Assembly (NCBI GenBank): GCA_000004695.1
Contig: CM000150.2
Location: forward strand, 1,312,001-1,376,000
Direction: 5' to 3'
DNA: 64,000 nt
From: Dictyostelium discoideum
Taxonomy: Eukaryota
Shown here: in pieces, positions 1 through 13,278 of the stretch
Layout: every line of letters starts with the position of its first letter
How positions within the stretch are numbered: the stretch's first letter is position 1
The notes under the pieces: generated by a model
Databases searched by the model: none
Told to the model about the DNA's origin: nothing
Seen by the model: only the letters and a program-made list of their open reading frames with translations
Position numbers and translations under genes: made by a program

Positions 1-2
1 AG

Positions 3-1112
3 TCCAATGACAACAGTGTTCATTGGTTCTCCATTTTGAATTCATTGATGATTGTATTCATCTTGACCGTTATGGTTGCAATGATTATCATCAGAACTTT
101 AAAGAAGGACATTCGTCGTTACACATCCATCGACACATCAGAGGATCGTGATTCACAAGAGGAGACCGGCTGGAAGATGATCCATGGCGATGTTTTCCGT
201 CCACCATCACATCCAATGCTATTATCAGTTTGCATTGGTAGTGGTGTTCAAATCTTTTCAATGACTCTCATCACTATGATCTTTGCTGTATTGGGTTTCC
301 TCTCACCAGCAAATATTGGTGGTTTGGCAACTGCCCTCATCGTTTTATTCGTACTTAGTGCAATGTTTGCTGGCTACTTTTCAACTCGTGTATTCACAAT
401 TTTCAAGGGTAGAAATTGGAAAAAGAATACCATTTACACCGCTCTCTCAATGCCTGGTATTATCTTTGGCATTTTCTTCTTTGTAAACATGTTTTTACGT
501 GGTGCCAAGTCCTCTGCCGCCGTGCCATTTGGAACTTTTGCTTCAATCATTGCAATGTGGTTTGGTATCTCCGTGCCATTGGTCTTCTTGGGCAGTTATT
601 TCGCCTCAAAGAAACCAGTGCCAGAGGATCCAGTTAGAACCAACCAAATCCCACGTCAAGTTCCAGACCAAATTTGGTATATGAATCCTTATCTCTCCAT
701 TTTAATGGGTGGTATTTTACCATTTGGTGCTGTCTTTATCGAACTTCATTTCATTCTCACCTCACTTTGGGATAATCAATTCTACTATATCTTTGGTTTC
801 CTTTTCATCGTTTTAATGATCTTAATTGTAACTTCCGCTGAAATCTCAATCGTTATGTGTTATTTCCAATTATGCGCTGAAGATCATCATTGGTGGTGGA
901 GATCCTTCTTAACCGCTGGTAGCTCTTCTCTTTACATGTTTATCTACTCTGTTAGTTTCTTCCGTTATTTAGGTATCACAAAATTCATCTCATCTTTATT
1001 GGATTTCTCTTATTCTTTCATTATGTCTTTAGCTTTTGCTGCTTTAACTGGTACAATTGGTTTTTATTCTTGTTACTTTTTAGTTAGAAAAATTTATAGT
1101 TCCATTCATATT

Positions 1113-1118
<6 letters not shown>
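3..1118 (+). CDS. Transmembrane 9 superfamily (nonaspanin/EMP70, Phg1-like) protein, C-terminal ~370 aa; 5' end lies outside the window
   Basis: The frame is open from the window edge (SNDNSVHWFSILNSLMIVF...) and stops at 1116-1118. The C-terminus carries the TM9SF signature ...VMCYFQLCAEDHHWWWRSFLTAGSSSLYMF...LTGTIGFYSCYFLVRKIY, which aligns with human TM9SF2/4. Nine predicted TM helices. The ORF-track 'M' at 36 is a TTG, not the true start. Confidence 0.9.
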
Positions 1119-1146
<28 letters not shown>

Positions 1147-1475
1147 CAAATTAATCCAAAATTGGAACTAAAACTAAAAAAAAAAAAAAAACTATTTAAA
1201 AAAATAAAAAATAAAATAGTAATATTAAATTAAAAAAAAATAATAATAATAATTTTTAAAAAAATTTATTTATCTCTTTTTTTTAAAACTTTTTTTTATT
1301 TAAGAAAAAAAAAAAATATATTTCGGCAAAAAAAAAGAAATCGAATTCGAAACTATTTTTAGAATTTTTTTATTTTTTTTATATAAATACCCTCTAAAAT
1401 ATAATAAAGGGGTTGTCTCTTTTTTTTTTTTTTTTATTTTGTTTTATAAATTTTTTTTATTTTTTATATTTTTTT

Positions 1476-1789
1476 TTAAAGAGCAGTTGCTTTAAATTGA
1501 TTTTTATTTCTAGTATAACCATGTAATAAACCTAAAAACATTGATATGAAAACTGCCCATAAAAGTAAAATTACTCCAAGCATTCTTGCTATAAATATAA
1601 AATTAAATTAGTATAAAAGTAATAAAAATAGATTATAAAATTATTTTTTTAAAAAAAAAACTTACCAAAATGAGGAAAAGAAGTTCCAAAAATTAAATAT
1701 CTTTCTCTTTTTTCATCCTTTTTAATTGGACTAATATCTTTGATATGGAAATTTTTAATTGAAGTTTTTATTTTATTTAAAACTGTCAT
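1476..1789 (-). CDS. Small tail-anchored membrane protein, 79 aa, two exons (1666..1789 and 1476..1588); intron 1589..1665 (GTAAG...ATAG)
   Basis: ATG at 1789-1787. Exon 1 encodes MTVLNKIKTSIKNFHIKDISPIKKDEKRERYLIFGTSFPHF plus G. Donor GTAAG at 1665-1661, acceptor ..tttatAG at 1590-1589. Exon 2 encodes ARMLGVILLLWAVFISMFLGLLHGYTRNKNQFKATAL*. It has a single C-terminal TM helix, and the HGYTRN tail is reminiscent of Sec61-beta (...HIWGKYTRS). Both exons are under 60 codons, so it is absent from the ORF track. Confidence 0.55.
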
Positions 1790-2103
1790 TGTGTTATTTT
1801 TTTTATAAAAAATAAAATAAAATAATTATTATATAACTAATGATACAAAAATTTGGAGGACTGATTTAAAATAAAATAAAAAAAAAAAAGATTTTTTTAT
1901 TTTTTTTTTAAAAAGAAAAAAAAAAAAAAAAATTACAAATGACAACTATACAAAAAATATTTGTATAGGAGAAATTATGTCTATGTAAAAATATAAATAT
2001 ATTTTAAAAATATATATATAAATTGGGTTTATGTATTGTATATATAAAAAAATACCGGATTATAAATTTTGAAAAAAAAAAAAAAAAAAAACCAAAAATT
2101 TAT

Positions 2104-2178
2104 TTTTAATTTTTTTTAATTTTTTTTAATTTTTTTTAATTTTTTTTAATTTTTTTTAATTTTTTTTAATTTTTTTTA
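2104..2178. repeat. (TTTTTTTTAA)n 10-nt tandem repeat, about 7-8 units
   Basis: Direct reading of 'aattttttttaattttttttaa...'. Confidence 0.9.
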
Positions 2179-2388
2179 TTTTTTTTTTATTTTAAAATAA
2201 ATTAAATTTTGTACGAATTGGTCCAAGTTAGTTAAAGTTAAATTTTTGTTTTTTTTTATTTTTTTTTCTCGTTTTTTGCAGTTGTTTAGGGGTTTGTTTT
2301 AAAATCGAATTTCAAATATATAACCAACCTTTTTTTTTTTTTTTTTTTTTTTTCGCAGATTTTTCCTGTTTTGATTTTGGGTTAATTT

Positions 2389-2420
<32 letters not shown>

Positions 2421-2424
<4 letters not shown>

Positions 2425-2627
2425 CCATATGAATGTATTTATGTATTTCATTTGAAATATTGATTCACTATTTAATTATACATTTAAAATAAAATTAATT
2501 TTTGATAAAATGAAAATAAAAAAATAATAAAAATAAAAAATAAAAAAAAAAATATCCATATGAATGTATTAATGTATTTTATTTGAAATATTGGTTTACT
2601 ATTTAATTATACATTTAAAATAAAATT
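2421..2627. repeat. Two ~76-bp direct repeats (2421-2496 and 2552-2627), ~95% identical, ~130 bp apart, upstream of the hydrolase-like gene
   Basis: atatccatatgaatgtatt[t/a]atgtattt[c/t]atttgaaatattg[a/g]tt[c/t]actatttaattatacatttaaaataaaatt occurs twice. Confidence 0.85.
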
Positions 2628-2807
2628 TTTTTTTTTTTTTTTTTTTTAACCAAATAAATCAAAAAAAAGGGCTTGTATGTTCACTTTTTTTTTAAAAATA
2701 ATTTTTTCAATTTTTTTTTTTTTTTTTTTTTATCATTTTCATTTTATTTTTTTATTTTTTATTTTTTTTTTTTTTTGTTTTAAATACAATATTAAATAAA
2801 TAAAAAA

Positions 2808-4272
2808 ATGGTTGAAGAAACAAAATCAACCTTAAAAAAGAGAGATATAAAAAAAGATAAAGAAGAAGTCGAGAGTGAAGTTATTGAGGATAAGAAAAAG
2901 AATGATAATAATAATAGTATAAATAAAAAAGAAGAAAAACAAGAAAAACAAGAAACTAAAAAAGAAGATAATAAAAAAAAACAACAACAACAACAACAAG
3001 TTCAACCAAAGAATGCATTTTGTATTAGATTTTTTGGAATTATTTTAATAACAATTGTAACATTTTCAATTTGGTCAGTTTTTAATCATAATAATAATAG
3101 AAATGTAGATTCATCATTCTTTATAAAAGAGATGCCAGAACCATTGTTAAGACATTTTCAATCAGGTCAAATGATACCAGTATTTGATAAAACAAATGGT
3201 GGAACATTCAATTTATTCATAGTTCAACAAAGTGTCGATTGGACAAGACCAGATCCACAATATAATGGCGAAGTCAATAAAAATGGTCAACCAATTATAA
3301 TTAGAGAAGATGTTTTCTCCAATGAAGATTCCAATGAAATAATACCACAAACTAATAGTATTGATAACGAAGTTGCATTATTAATTCATGGTCAAACTAC
3401 AACTAGTTTTGCATTTAGAAAAACTTTAAAATATATTCAAAAAGAAAGAATTCATCCAATTGCAATTGATTTACCATGTTTTGGTTTCTCTGATGCGTTG
3501 TCAAATTGTTCATACTCTGAAATCACTGATCGTTTAGATGACATTTTAGATAGTCTTCAAATTCGTAAACCAATTCATTTAGTACTTTATGATACTTCCG
3601 CTACAATTGGTACTTCCTTTGCTATGAAACATTCAAATAGAGTTAAATCAATCGTTTATATAGATCCTCATATCGATTTATCAAATACTCCATTATATTA
3701 TAATATCATTAAAACTCCTTTCTTTGGTCAATTATATCTTCAATTTTTAACTTCACCATATCTTTCAACAATTAGATATAAATTATTAGCTGATCGTTGT
3801 ATGTATTTATTTAATTAATATTAATATTAATATTAATATTAATATTTATTTTATTATTTTATACTAATTAAATAATTGTTATTGTTATTGTTATAGTTAA
3901 TTTATATAATAGTTTTACAAGACAATCAGATGTTGATAGTTATTTTTATTGTTTAAGATATAGAAATAATATTCAAAATTTTATAGATACAGTTAAATCA
4001 ATGGATACAACATTTAGAGAAACATATAGATTAACAACATCATCAATTGCATTAAATCGTTTAAAACCAATTCATTTAATTTTAACAACAAGATATGTTA
4101 GTAGTTATCAATCACAATTATTCCAAAATAAATTCACTTCTTCAATTTTACATACAGATTCAACTGAAACTTTCTCTTTATTCTTTGAAGATAATCCATC
4201 CTCAATTTCACATCAATTGGCTGATATTATTGATGCAATCGATAAAAATTTAAGAATTGAAAAACCAAAACC

Positions 4273-4309
<37 letters not shown>

Positions 4310-4513
4310 AGGCAACAAGATTATGATCATGGTCATGGTCATTCACATGGTGGTGGCAATTCACATGGTCACTCACATGGTAGTGGTAATTCACATGGTC
4401 ACTCTCATGGTGGTGGTAATTCACATGGCCACTCTCATGGTGGTGGTAATTCACATGGTCACTCTCATGGTGGTGGTGATCAATATGGTCTTGGCCATAA
4501 TTATGGAATGTAA
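2808..4513 (+). CDS. Membrane-anchored alpha/beta-hydrolase-fold protein (epoxide-hydrolase/haloalkane-dehalogenase-like, Asp-type nucleophile elbow) with a C-terminal poly-Q and His/Gly decapeptide-repeat tail; exons 2808..3798 and 3897..4513 (~535 aa)
   Basis: The N-terminus is Lys/Glu-rich and followed by a TM helix (FCIRFFGIILITIVTFSIWSVF). The sequence has an HG box (ALLIHGQTT) and a nucleophile elbow LVLYDTSATIG (compare VxHDWG of epoxide hydrolases). Donor GTATGT at 3799 and acceptor ttatAG at 3895-3896 restore the frame (...LADR-F-NLYNSFTRQSDVD...). The tail is (Q)12 followed by 5x HGHSHGGGNS. Stop at 4511-4513. Confidence 0.7.
4324..4483 (+). repeat. Coding 30-nt tandem repeat (x5) encoding HGHSHGG(G/S)NS; preceded by (CAA)12
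   Basis: 'cacatggtggtggcaattcacatggtcactcacatggtagtggtaattca...' repeats with period 30. Confidence 0.9.
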
Positions 4514-5001
4514 AAATAAATTTAAAATAATTTTACTTTTTTTTTTTTTTATTTAATTTTTTAAATTTTTTTTTAACCATATTCTCTATTTTGTTTATTT
4601 ATTATTTTAAAATTGAATCTCAAATCGGAAGGAAAAAAAAAAGGTGGAAAAAGAAAAAAAATTTAATTAAAAAATATGGGGTTATTATTTTTTTTTTTAT
4701 AAGCAATTTATTAATTTAAAAAAAAAAAAAAAAAAAAAATAAAAATAAAAATAAAAATTTAAAAAATATCTGTAAATTGTTTAAGTATGACATGTGAATC
4801 AATGTATTTTTTTTATTTTTTATTATTATTATTTTTTTATTTTTTATTTTTTTTTTTTTTTTATTTTTTTTTTTTTTTGTTTTTTTTTTTTAATTCTTTT
4901 TCAAAATTTCTTTTTTTTATTTTTTTATTTTTTTATTTTTTTTTTTCACTCCCATTATTTTTTTTTAATATAAGAAAGGGATTATTGCTATATTAATAAT
5001 A

Positions 5002-5164
5002 ATGTTAAGAGGAAATAATATTAAAAAAGTCAACTCTTTATTAGTAAGTATTCTTTTTTTTTTTATTATTAATTTTCTGGGTTATGAAATAAAAAATAAA
5101 TTAAAAAAAAAAAAAAAAATTAAAATCACATATGATCATAAAAACGAACGAATCACATACACAC

Positions 5165-5197
<33 letters not shown>

Positions 5198-5788
5198 CTT
5201 TCTTTCTCATTTGGAGTTAAAACTCTTTAATTATTATTATTATTATTATTATTATTATTTTTATTTTTATTATTATTTTTCATTCTTTTATGATTCACTA
5301 TTTATAATTTAAACCTTTTAACAAAAAAAAAAAAAACCAAAATATTAATAATAATAATAATAATAATAATAATTATAATAATGATAATAATAAATAGGTT
5401 AGATCATTTCATTCAACAGTTGGAAATAGATCAGGTGGACCATCAACACCAATTAATTATCCATCATTAGAGATTGAAAATGCAGGTGAAAAACAAAAAA
5501 TGAATCTTTTTCAAGCAATTAACAATGGTATGGATATTGCAATGCAAAAAGATTCAAAAGCAGTTGTATTTGGTGAAGATGTAGGTTTTGGTGGTGTATT
5601 TCGTTGTACAGTTGGTTTAAGAGATAAATATGGTGCATCAAGAGTTTTCAATACACCATTATGTGAACAAGGTATTGCTGGTTTCGCAATTGGTTTAGCT
5701 GCTCAAGGTGCTACTCCAATCGCTGAAATTCAATTTGCTGATTATATTTTCCCAGCTTTTGATCAAGTATGTTATTATTTTCCCCTCA

Positions 5789-5820
<32 letters not shown>

Positions 5821-6564
5821 AGAAAGAAATAATATATTAATTAATATATATAAATTTATTAGATTGTAAATGAAGCAGCAAAATATAGATATAGATCAGG
5901 TGGTCAATTTGATTGTGGATCATTAACAATTAGATCACCATATGGTGCAGTTGGACATGGTGGACATTATCATTCACAATCACCAGAATCATATTTTGGA
6001 CATACACCAGGTTTAAAGGTTGTAATTCCATCAACACCAATTGAAGCCAAAGGTTTATTATTAGCATCAATTCGTGAAAAAGATCCAGTTATATTTTTTG
6101 AACCAAAATTAATGTATAGATCAGCTGTTGAAGAAGTACCAATTGGTGATTATGAAATTCCATTAGGTAAAGCACGTATTGTTAAAGAGGGTAAGGATAT
6201 TACAATCATTGGTTGGGGTGCTCAAATGAGAGTTTTACTTCAAGCTGTTAATATGGCCGAAGAGAAATTAGGTATCAGTTGTGAGTTGATCGATTTACGT
6301 ACTATTCAACCATGGGATGTTGAAACAGTAGTTGAAAGTGTAAAAAAAACTGGTAGAGTTGTCATTAGTCATGAAGCTCCAAAAACTGGTGGTTGGGCTG
6401 CTGAAATCTCTGCTACCATTCAAGAACGTTGTTTCCTTCATTTAGAAGCTCCAATTCAAAGAGTTTGTGGTTATGATACACCTTTCCCATTAATCTTTGA
6501 AAAATTCTATGTACCTGATCACTTAAAGAATTTCGAATCAATTAAAAAAACTATGGTTTATTAA
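5002..6564 (+). CDS. bkdB: Branched-chain alpha-keto acid dehydrogenase E1 beta subunit (2-oxoisovalerate dehydrogenase beta), mitochondrial; exons 5002..5043, 5398..5766 and 5863..6564 (~370 aa)
   Basis: Exon 1 encodes the presequence [14 protein letters not shown], ending at donor GTAAGT (5044). Exon 2 runs [14 protein letters not shown]...[23 protein letters not shown]...[21 protein letters not shown]...[15 protein letters not shown], then donor GTATGT (5767) and acceptor ttAG (5861-5862). Exon 3 begins [13 protein letters not shown] and ends ...[16 protein letters not shown]. It aligns closely with human BCKDHB across its length. Confidence 0.92.
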
Positions 6565-6569
6565 ATTTA

Positions 6570-6603
<34 letters not shown>

Positions 6604-6735
6604 AATAAATAATAGTAATAATAAAAAAAAATTTAAAAAATAAAAACAAAGGAAAAAAAAAAAAAAAAAAAAAACTATAATCATATATTATTAAATTTTA
6701 CAAAGTTTATTAATAATTTACAAAAAGTTTATTTG

Positions 6736-6762
<27 letters not shown>

Positions 6763-6766
<4 letters not shown>

Positions 6767-7387
6767 TCTTTTTTCTTTAATTTATCAGATTTTTGATTTG
6801 TTTCAATTTTATCTTGATCTGCATTCATTAAAAATAAACCAAACATAATAAAAAATGCACCTATCCACCATTTAAATGATAATTGTTCTTTGAAAAACAA
6901 CCAACCAAAAAATGCCTAATTTAATTAAAATAATAATTAATAATTAGTAATTTTTAATTTTTATTCAATATTATTGATTATTGATTTTTTTTTAAAAAAT
7001 AATTTATTTATACTTTACAGTAAAGAAAAAGTTACTTGAAGTTGTTATAACAGTTGATGTAAGTGTTGAATTTGCTAAATCCATTCCTTTTGCAGCATAT
7101 CTCCATTGCATAGTTGTACATATAAAAATACTACCAATACTAATAGCTCTTGTTATTAATTCAATATTATCACTTGAAATAAATTGTGAAAGAAATTGTG
7201 AATCTAATGCAACTTTACCACAAACTGACGATAATGATGCAAATACACCACCAATTAAACTATATATAAATGATAATTTTAAATTTATTGTATTTACTAA
7301 TGGTTTTTTTTCTTCATTTTTAATTTTATTATCTTTATTTATTGATTTCTTTATTTCATTATTTGATTTTTTAGTTTCTCTTTTCAT
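6763..7387 (-). CDS. TMEM42-like small multi-pass membrane protein (EamA-like), ~173 aa; exons 7019..7387 and 6763..6915
   Basis: Starts MKRETKKSNN...; GGVFASLSSVCGKVALD, ...STVITTSSNFFFT, then donor GTAAAG and acceptor aattAG, then AFFGWLFFKEQLSFKWWIGAFFIMFGLFLM... parallel human TMEM42 (GALAAASAKLAF...FSNILSSAFLGYVLYGE...WWGGVFLILCGL). The upstream part of ORF 7004..7546 runs through a poly-A tract (poly-F) and is not coding. Confidence 0.75.
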
Positions 7388-7412
7388 TTTTAAAATGATT
7401 TGATAAAAAATG

Positions 7413-7465
<53 letters not shown>

Positions 7466-7982
7466 AAAAAGGGATTTTTTTGATAGTTTTTTTATAAAAT
7501 TCCAAAATTGACACCAAAATAATAAAAAATATACCAAACCAACCAAATGAATCTTTTTGTTTTTTTTTTTTTTTTTTTAAAAAAAAATCTATTTTAATAC
7601 AAAACATATTCACTCTCGTTGTTCTTCTAAAAAAAAAAATTAAAAAAATGAATGATAAATAATTAAATTCTAAAAATAAAAAAAGAAAAAAAAAATAAAA
7701 AAAAAACAGGTTTTTCATTTTTTTGATATCTTTATCATTTTGTATTTTATAAGATAGTGCTCTATCTTATAAAATAAGTTAATATTGAAAATAAATACAA
7801 AAGTGATATAAAAAAAAATTGATAAATTTTTTTTATTTTAAAAAAATTGATTTGATTTAATTGGCTTATTTTTTTATGCCCAAAAAAAAAAAAAAAAAAA
7901 AAAAAAAATCCTGGATAAACTTTATTGTTTAGTTTTTATTAAATTTACATAAATTTTGTTTTTTGTTTATTTATACCTTTAC

Positions 7983-8014
<32 letters not shown>

Positions 8015-8083
8015 CTTTGTGTTCTCCCTGCCCTTTTTTTTTTTTTTTTTATTTAAAAAAAATTTTATTTTTGGATTTTTTTT

Positions 8084-10172
<2,089 letters not shown>

Positions 10173-10588
10173 ATCTATATATATATATATATATATGTAA
10201 TATGTATATTTACAAAATAAATTAAAAAAAAAAAAGATTTCAAAATTTTTTTTTTTTTTTTAAATTTTTTTTTTTTTTTTTTTAAAAATTTTTTTTATTT
10301 TTTTTTTTTTTTTTATTTTTATTTTATTTTTTTTATTTACTGAACATTTTGTGAAGTTGGGGAGGTGGAATCAAAAATACATTATTATTTTTCTTTTTTT
10401 CTTATTTTAATATTTATAATTACTTAAAAAAAAAAAATATAATTAAAAAATCTTTTTTGCATAGGAAAAAAAAAAATTGAGAAAAATTAATGAAGAAAAG
10501 GATTTGGTTGTAAAAAGAATTTTAATATTAAAAAAAAAAAAGAAATAAAAGTTTTTTTTCTATACAAAAAAATTTTTATTTTTTTTTA

Positions 10589-10633
<45 letters not shown>

Positions 10634-10687
10634 TTTTTTTTATTGTATATATATATATGTATTTTGGTTCGAACCAATTTTTTTTAT

Positions 10688-11277
10688 TTAATGATTTGAG
10701 GTTTTGAATAACGGAATAAAAACAAATAATGAAAAGAAGACAGCACCAATTACTAGCCAAAAACCAACATATGGGGAAAAAGATAATTTGATGAGTTCAT
10801 CTTCATTGCTACCCATGAATTTATGACAATAGGTATCATCGGCATCACCAACAAACAATGAACTAATCCAAGATGCAACTGGATTACCATTACATAATGG
10901 ATCATCTTCACGGAATGCTCCATTGATTCTAAAGAATTGGAAAAATGAAACTAATAACAAAATCATTACAATGATCATGAAAACACCGGCAACTTTAGCG
11001 CAAATTCTATTCTTTGCCAAGAATGCAATTAAAATCACTACGGCACTAATTAAAGCTAATAATGTTGCTAGACATAAAAATGCAAGTGAAACTATGAAAA
11101 CGTTCTTTATATGATCATATCCCAAATCATCATATTTCTCTGAATCAGAATTACTACTTGTATTTATAATATTTGTCTATTTTTATTTATTAAAAAAAAA
11201 AATAATAAAAAATAATAAATAATAAAAAATAATAAAATATAAAAAAATTGGTTAGGAAAAAAATGTTTAGAAGAAAG

Positions 11278-11318
<41 letters not shown>

Positions 11319-11508
11319 TTTTACATACAGCATTTAATTTTTCATCAGTATTTCTTATTTCATCCCAATAGTATAAATACTTGACTCTATCTTCTGAGCC
11401 AATTTTTTTAAATGAAACGATATACCATGGATAAACAATCGAAACAATACAACATGCTATAACAACTAAGCACATGAATAAACTTAAAAATGCAACGCCT
11501 CTCTTCAT
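10688..11508 (-). CDS. Four-TM (tetraspan, claudin/PMP22/Sur7-like topology) membrane protein, ~222 aa; exons 11329..11508 and 10688..11176
   Basis: Exon 1 is MKRGVAFLSLFMCLVVIACCIVSIVYPWYIVSFKKIGSEDRVKYLYYWDEIRNTDEKLNA, with donor GTATGT (11328-11323). Acceptor aaatAG (11178-11177). Exon 2 is TNIINTSSNSDSEKYDDLGYDHIKNVFIVSLAFLCLATLLALISAVVILIAFL...FREDDPLCNGNPVASWISS...YCHKF...VGFWLVIGAVFFSLFVFIPLFKTSNH*. Four hydrophobic helices; loop 1 has conserved W/Y and loop 2 has Cys. Confidence 0.6.
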
Positions 11509-11670
11509 TTTATTTGAAAATTATGTATATATAGGAAATGAGGATAAATTATGTATATAATAAATAAAAAAATATTATTTGAAAAAATTACTAAAAGCGC
11601 GTGTGTGTGTGTGTATATAAAAATATATATTAATAAATATTATTATATATATGTGAATTAATAAATAAAT

Positions 11671-11706
<36 letters not shown>

Positions 11707-12471
11707 TTGTTTTGTGAATATTATTATTAAAAATGAATAAAAAAAAAAAAAAATTATTATTATATAAATATTTATTTATCCAATAAGATGAGTAAAAAAA
11801 AAAAAAAAAAAAAATAAAAATAAAAAAAAAATTAATATTATAAATTAATTTTATTTGAAAAAAAAGTGATAAGAAAAAAAAAAAAAAAATGTTTTATATG
11901 AAATTAAAAATATAAAAAAAAATAAAAAAAAAATAAAATAAAAATAAACTATTAATTAAAATAATATAAGTGCTATTAATAATAACATTTTGAACGGCTT
12001 AGATTACATCTACCACAAAATTTCACCACTTTTTGTCAGTTTAATATATTTTTAATTTTATTTTTATTTTTTTTTTAATTTTTTTTTTTTTTTTTATTTT
12101 TTTGGGTTTTTTTATTTTAGACCAATATGAGGTCTTAATAATATAATTACAACGTTATAATAAACTTATTAAAAGAGAATCTAATAATTCATCATAAAAA
12201 AGTGTGTAAAATAAAGGAAATTGATTTTTCCAAGATTACAATACACACTTTCAGACATTTTCTAATAAAAAAAAAAAAAAAAATTTATTTTTAAAATAAA
12301 AAAAAATAATTTTAAATGAAAATCTATTAAAAAACAATGACATTATATTTTTATTTTTTTTTTTTTTTGAAAATTCAAAAAAATTTTTTTTTTGATCTTT
12401 TATTCATAATGTTGTAAACCATCATTTTTCCAAATCCCACTCACTTATTGGGGAAAAATAATAATAACGAA

Positions 12472-12511
<40 letters not shown>

Positions 12512-12875
12512 ATTTAACGAGCTAAAAAAAAATTAAAAAAAAAAAAAAAAAAAACAAATAAAATTTGAAAAGAAAGATAATAATATTTATTATTTTTCTT
12601 TTTTATTATTATTATTATTTTTTCAAACCCAATGAAATAAAAAAAAAAAAAAATCTAGTTTGTTAAATCACAAAATAAATGTTAATATTATCTTAAATCT
12701 GAATGGTCCATTTAGATAAAAAAGGATTATTTCAAGGATAGGAAATCAAAAATTAAAAAAAACAAAAAAAAAGAAAAAATTAAAAATAAATAAAATTCAA
12801 TCAATATATAACAAAAATATTCATTGTTTCAAAACAAAATAATTAACTCTTATAAAATAAATAAATGTAAAAATC

Positions 12876-12920
<45 letters not shown>

Positions 12921-13201
12921 TGAAAGTATTTCAATAAAATTATTATAATAAAATGTATATTATTATTTTTATTATTATTTTTTCTTTTTTTTATTGTCAT
13001 TAAACTTTTAATCCAAGCAACAAATATGAGTGGGAGTTTTTTTTTTTTTTTAAAATTTAGATATTAAAAACTATTATATTGTTATTATAACATGAAAATT
13101 AAAAAATTATATCATATTTAATAAAAAAAAAAATTATTTTTAAACAAAAAGGGATTATGAAAAAGAATAATTTTATTTATTATTATTTATTAAAAAGGTG
13201 A

Positions 13202-13239
<38 letters not shown>

Positions 13240-13278
13240 ATTTTTTTTTTTTTTTTTTTTTTTCAAATTATTATTATT

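Noticed and set aside
5500-5832. ORF-track start of the BCKDH E1-beta gene at M 5500 and read-through to 5832
   Set aside because: Homology extends upstream of 5500 (…[10 protein letters not shown]) to an acceptor at 5397. A presequence exon lies at 5002-5043. The read-through past 5766 (…[19 protein letters not shown]) is intron sequence (GTATGT donor).
7371-7718. ORF 7371..7718 (115 aa, poly-F) and the N-terminal 57 aa of ORF 7004..7546
   Set aside because: Both derive from long poly-A/poly-T tracts in the promoter region of the TMEM42-like gene. The true start is the ATG at 7387.
10655-10680. tRNA-like T-arm motif 'ggttcgaacc'
   Set aside because: A palindromic 10-mer only; no acceptor stem, D-arm or anticodon arm can be built around it. 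No tRNA gene was found anywhere in the window.
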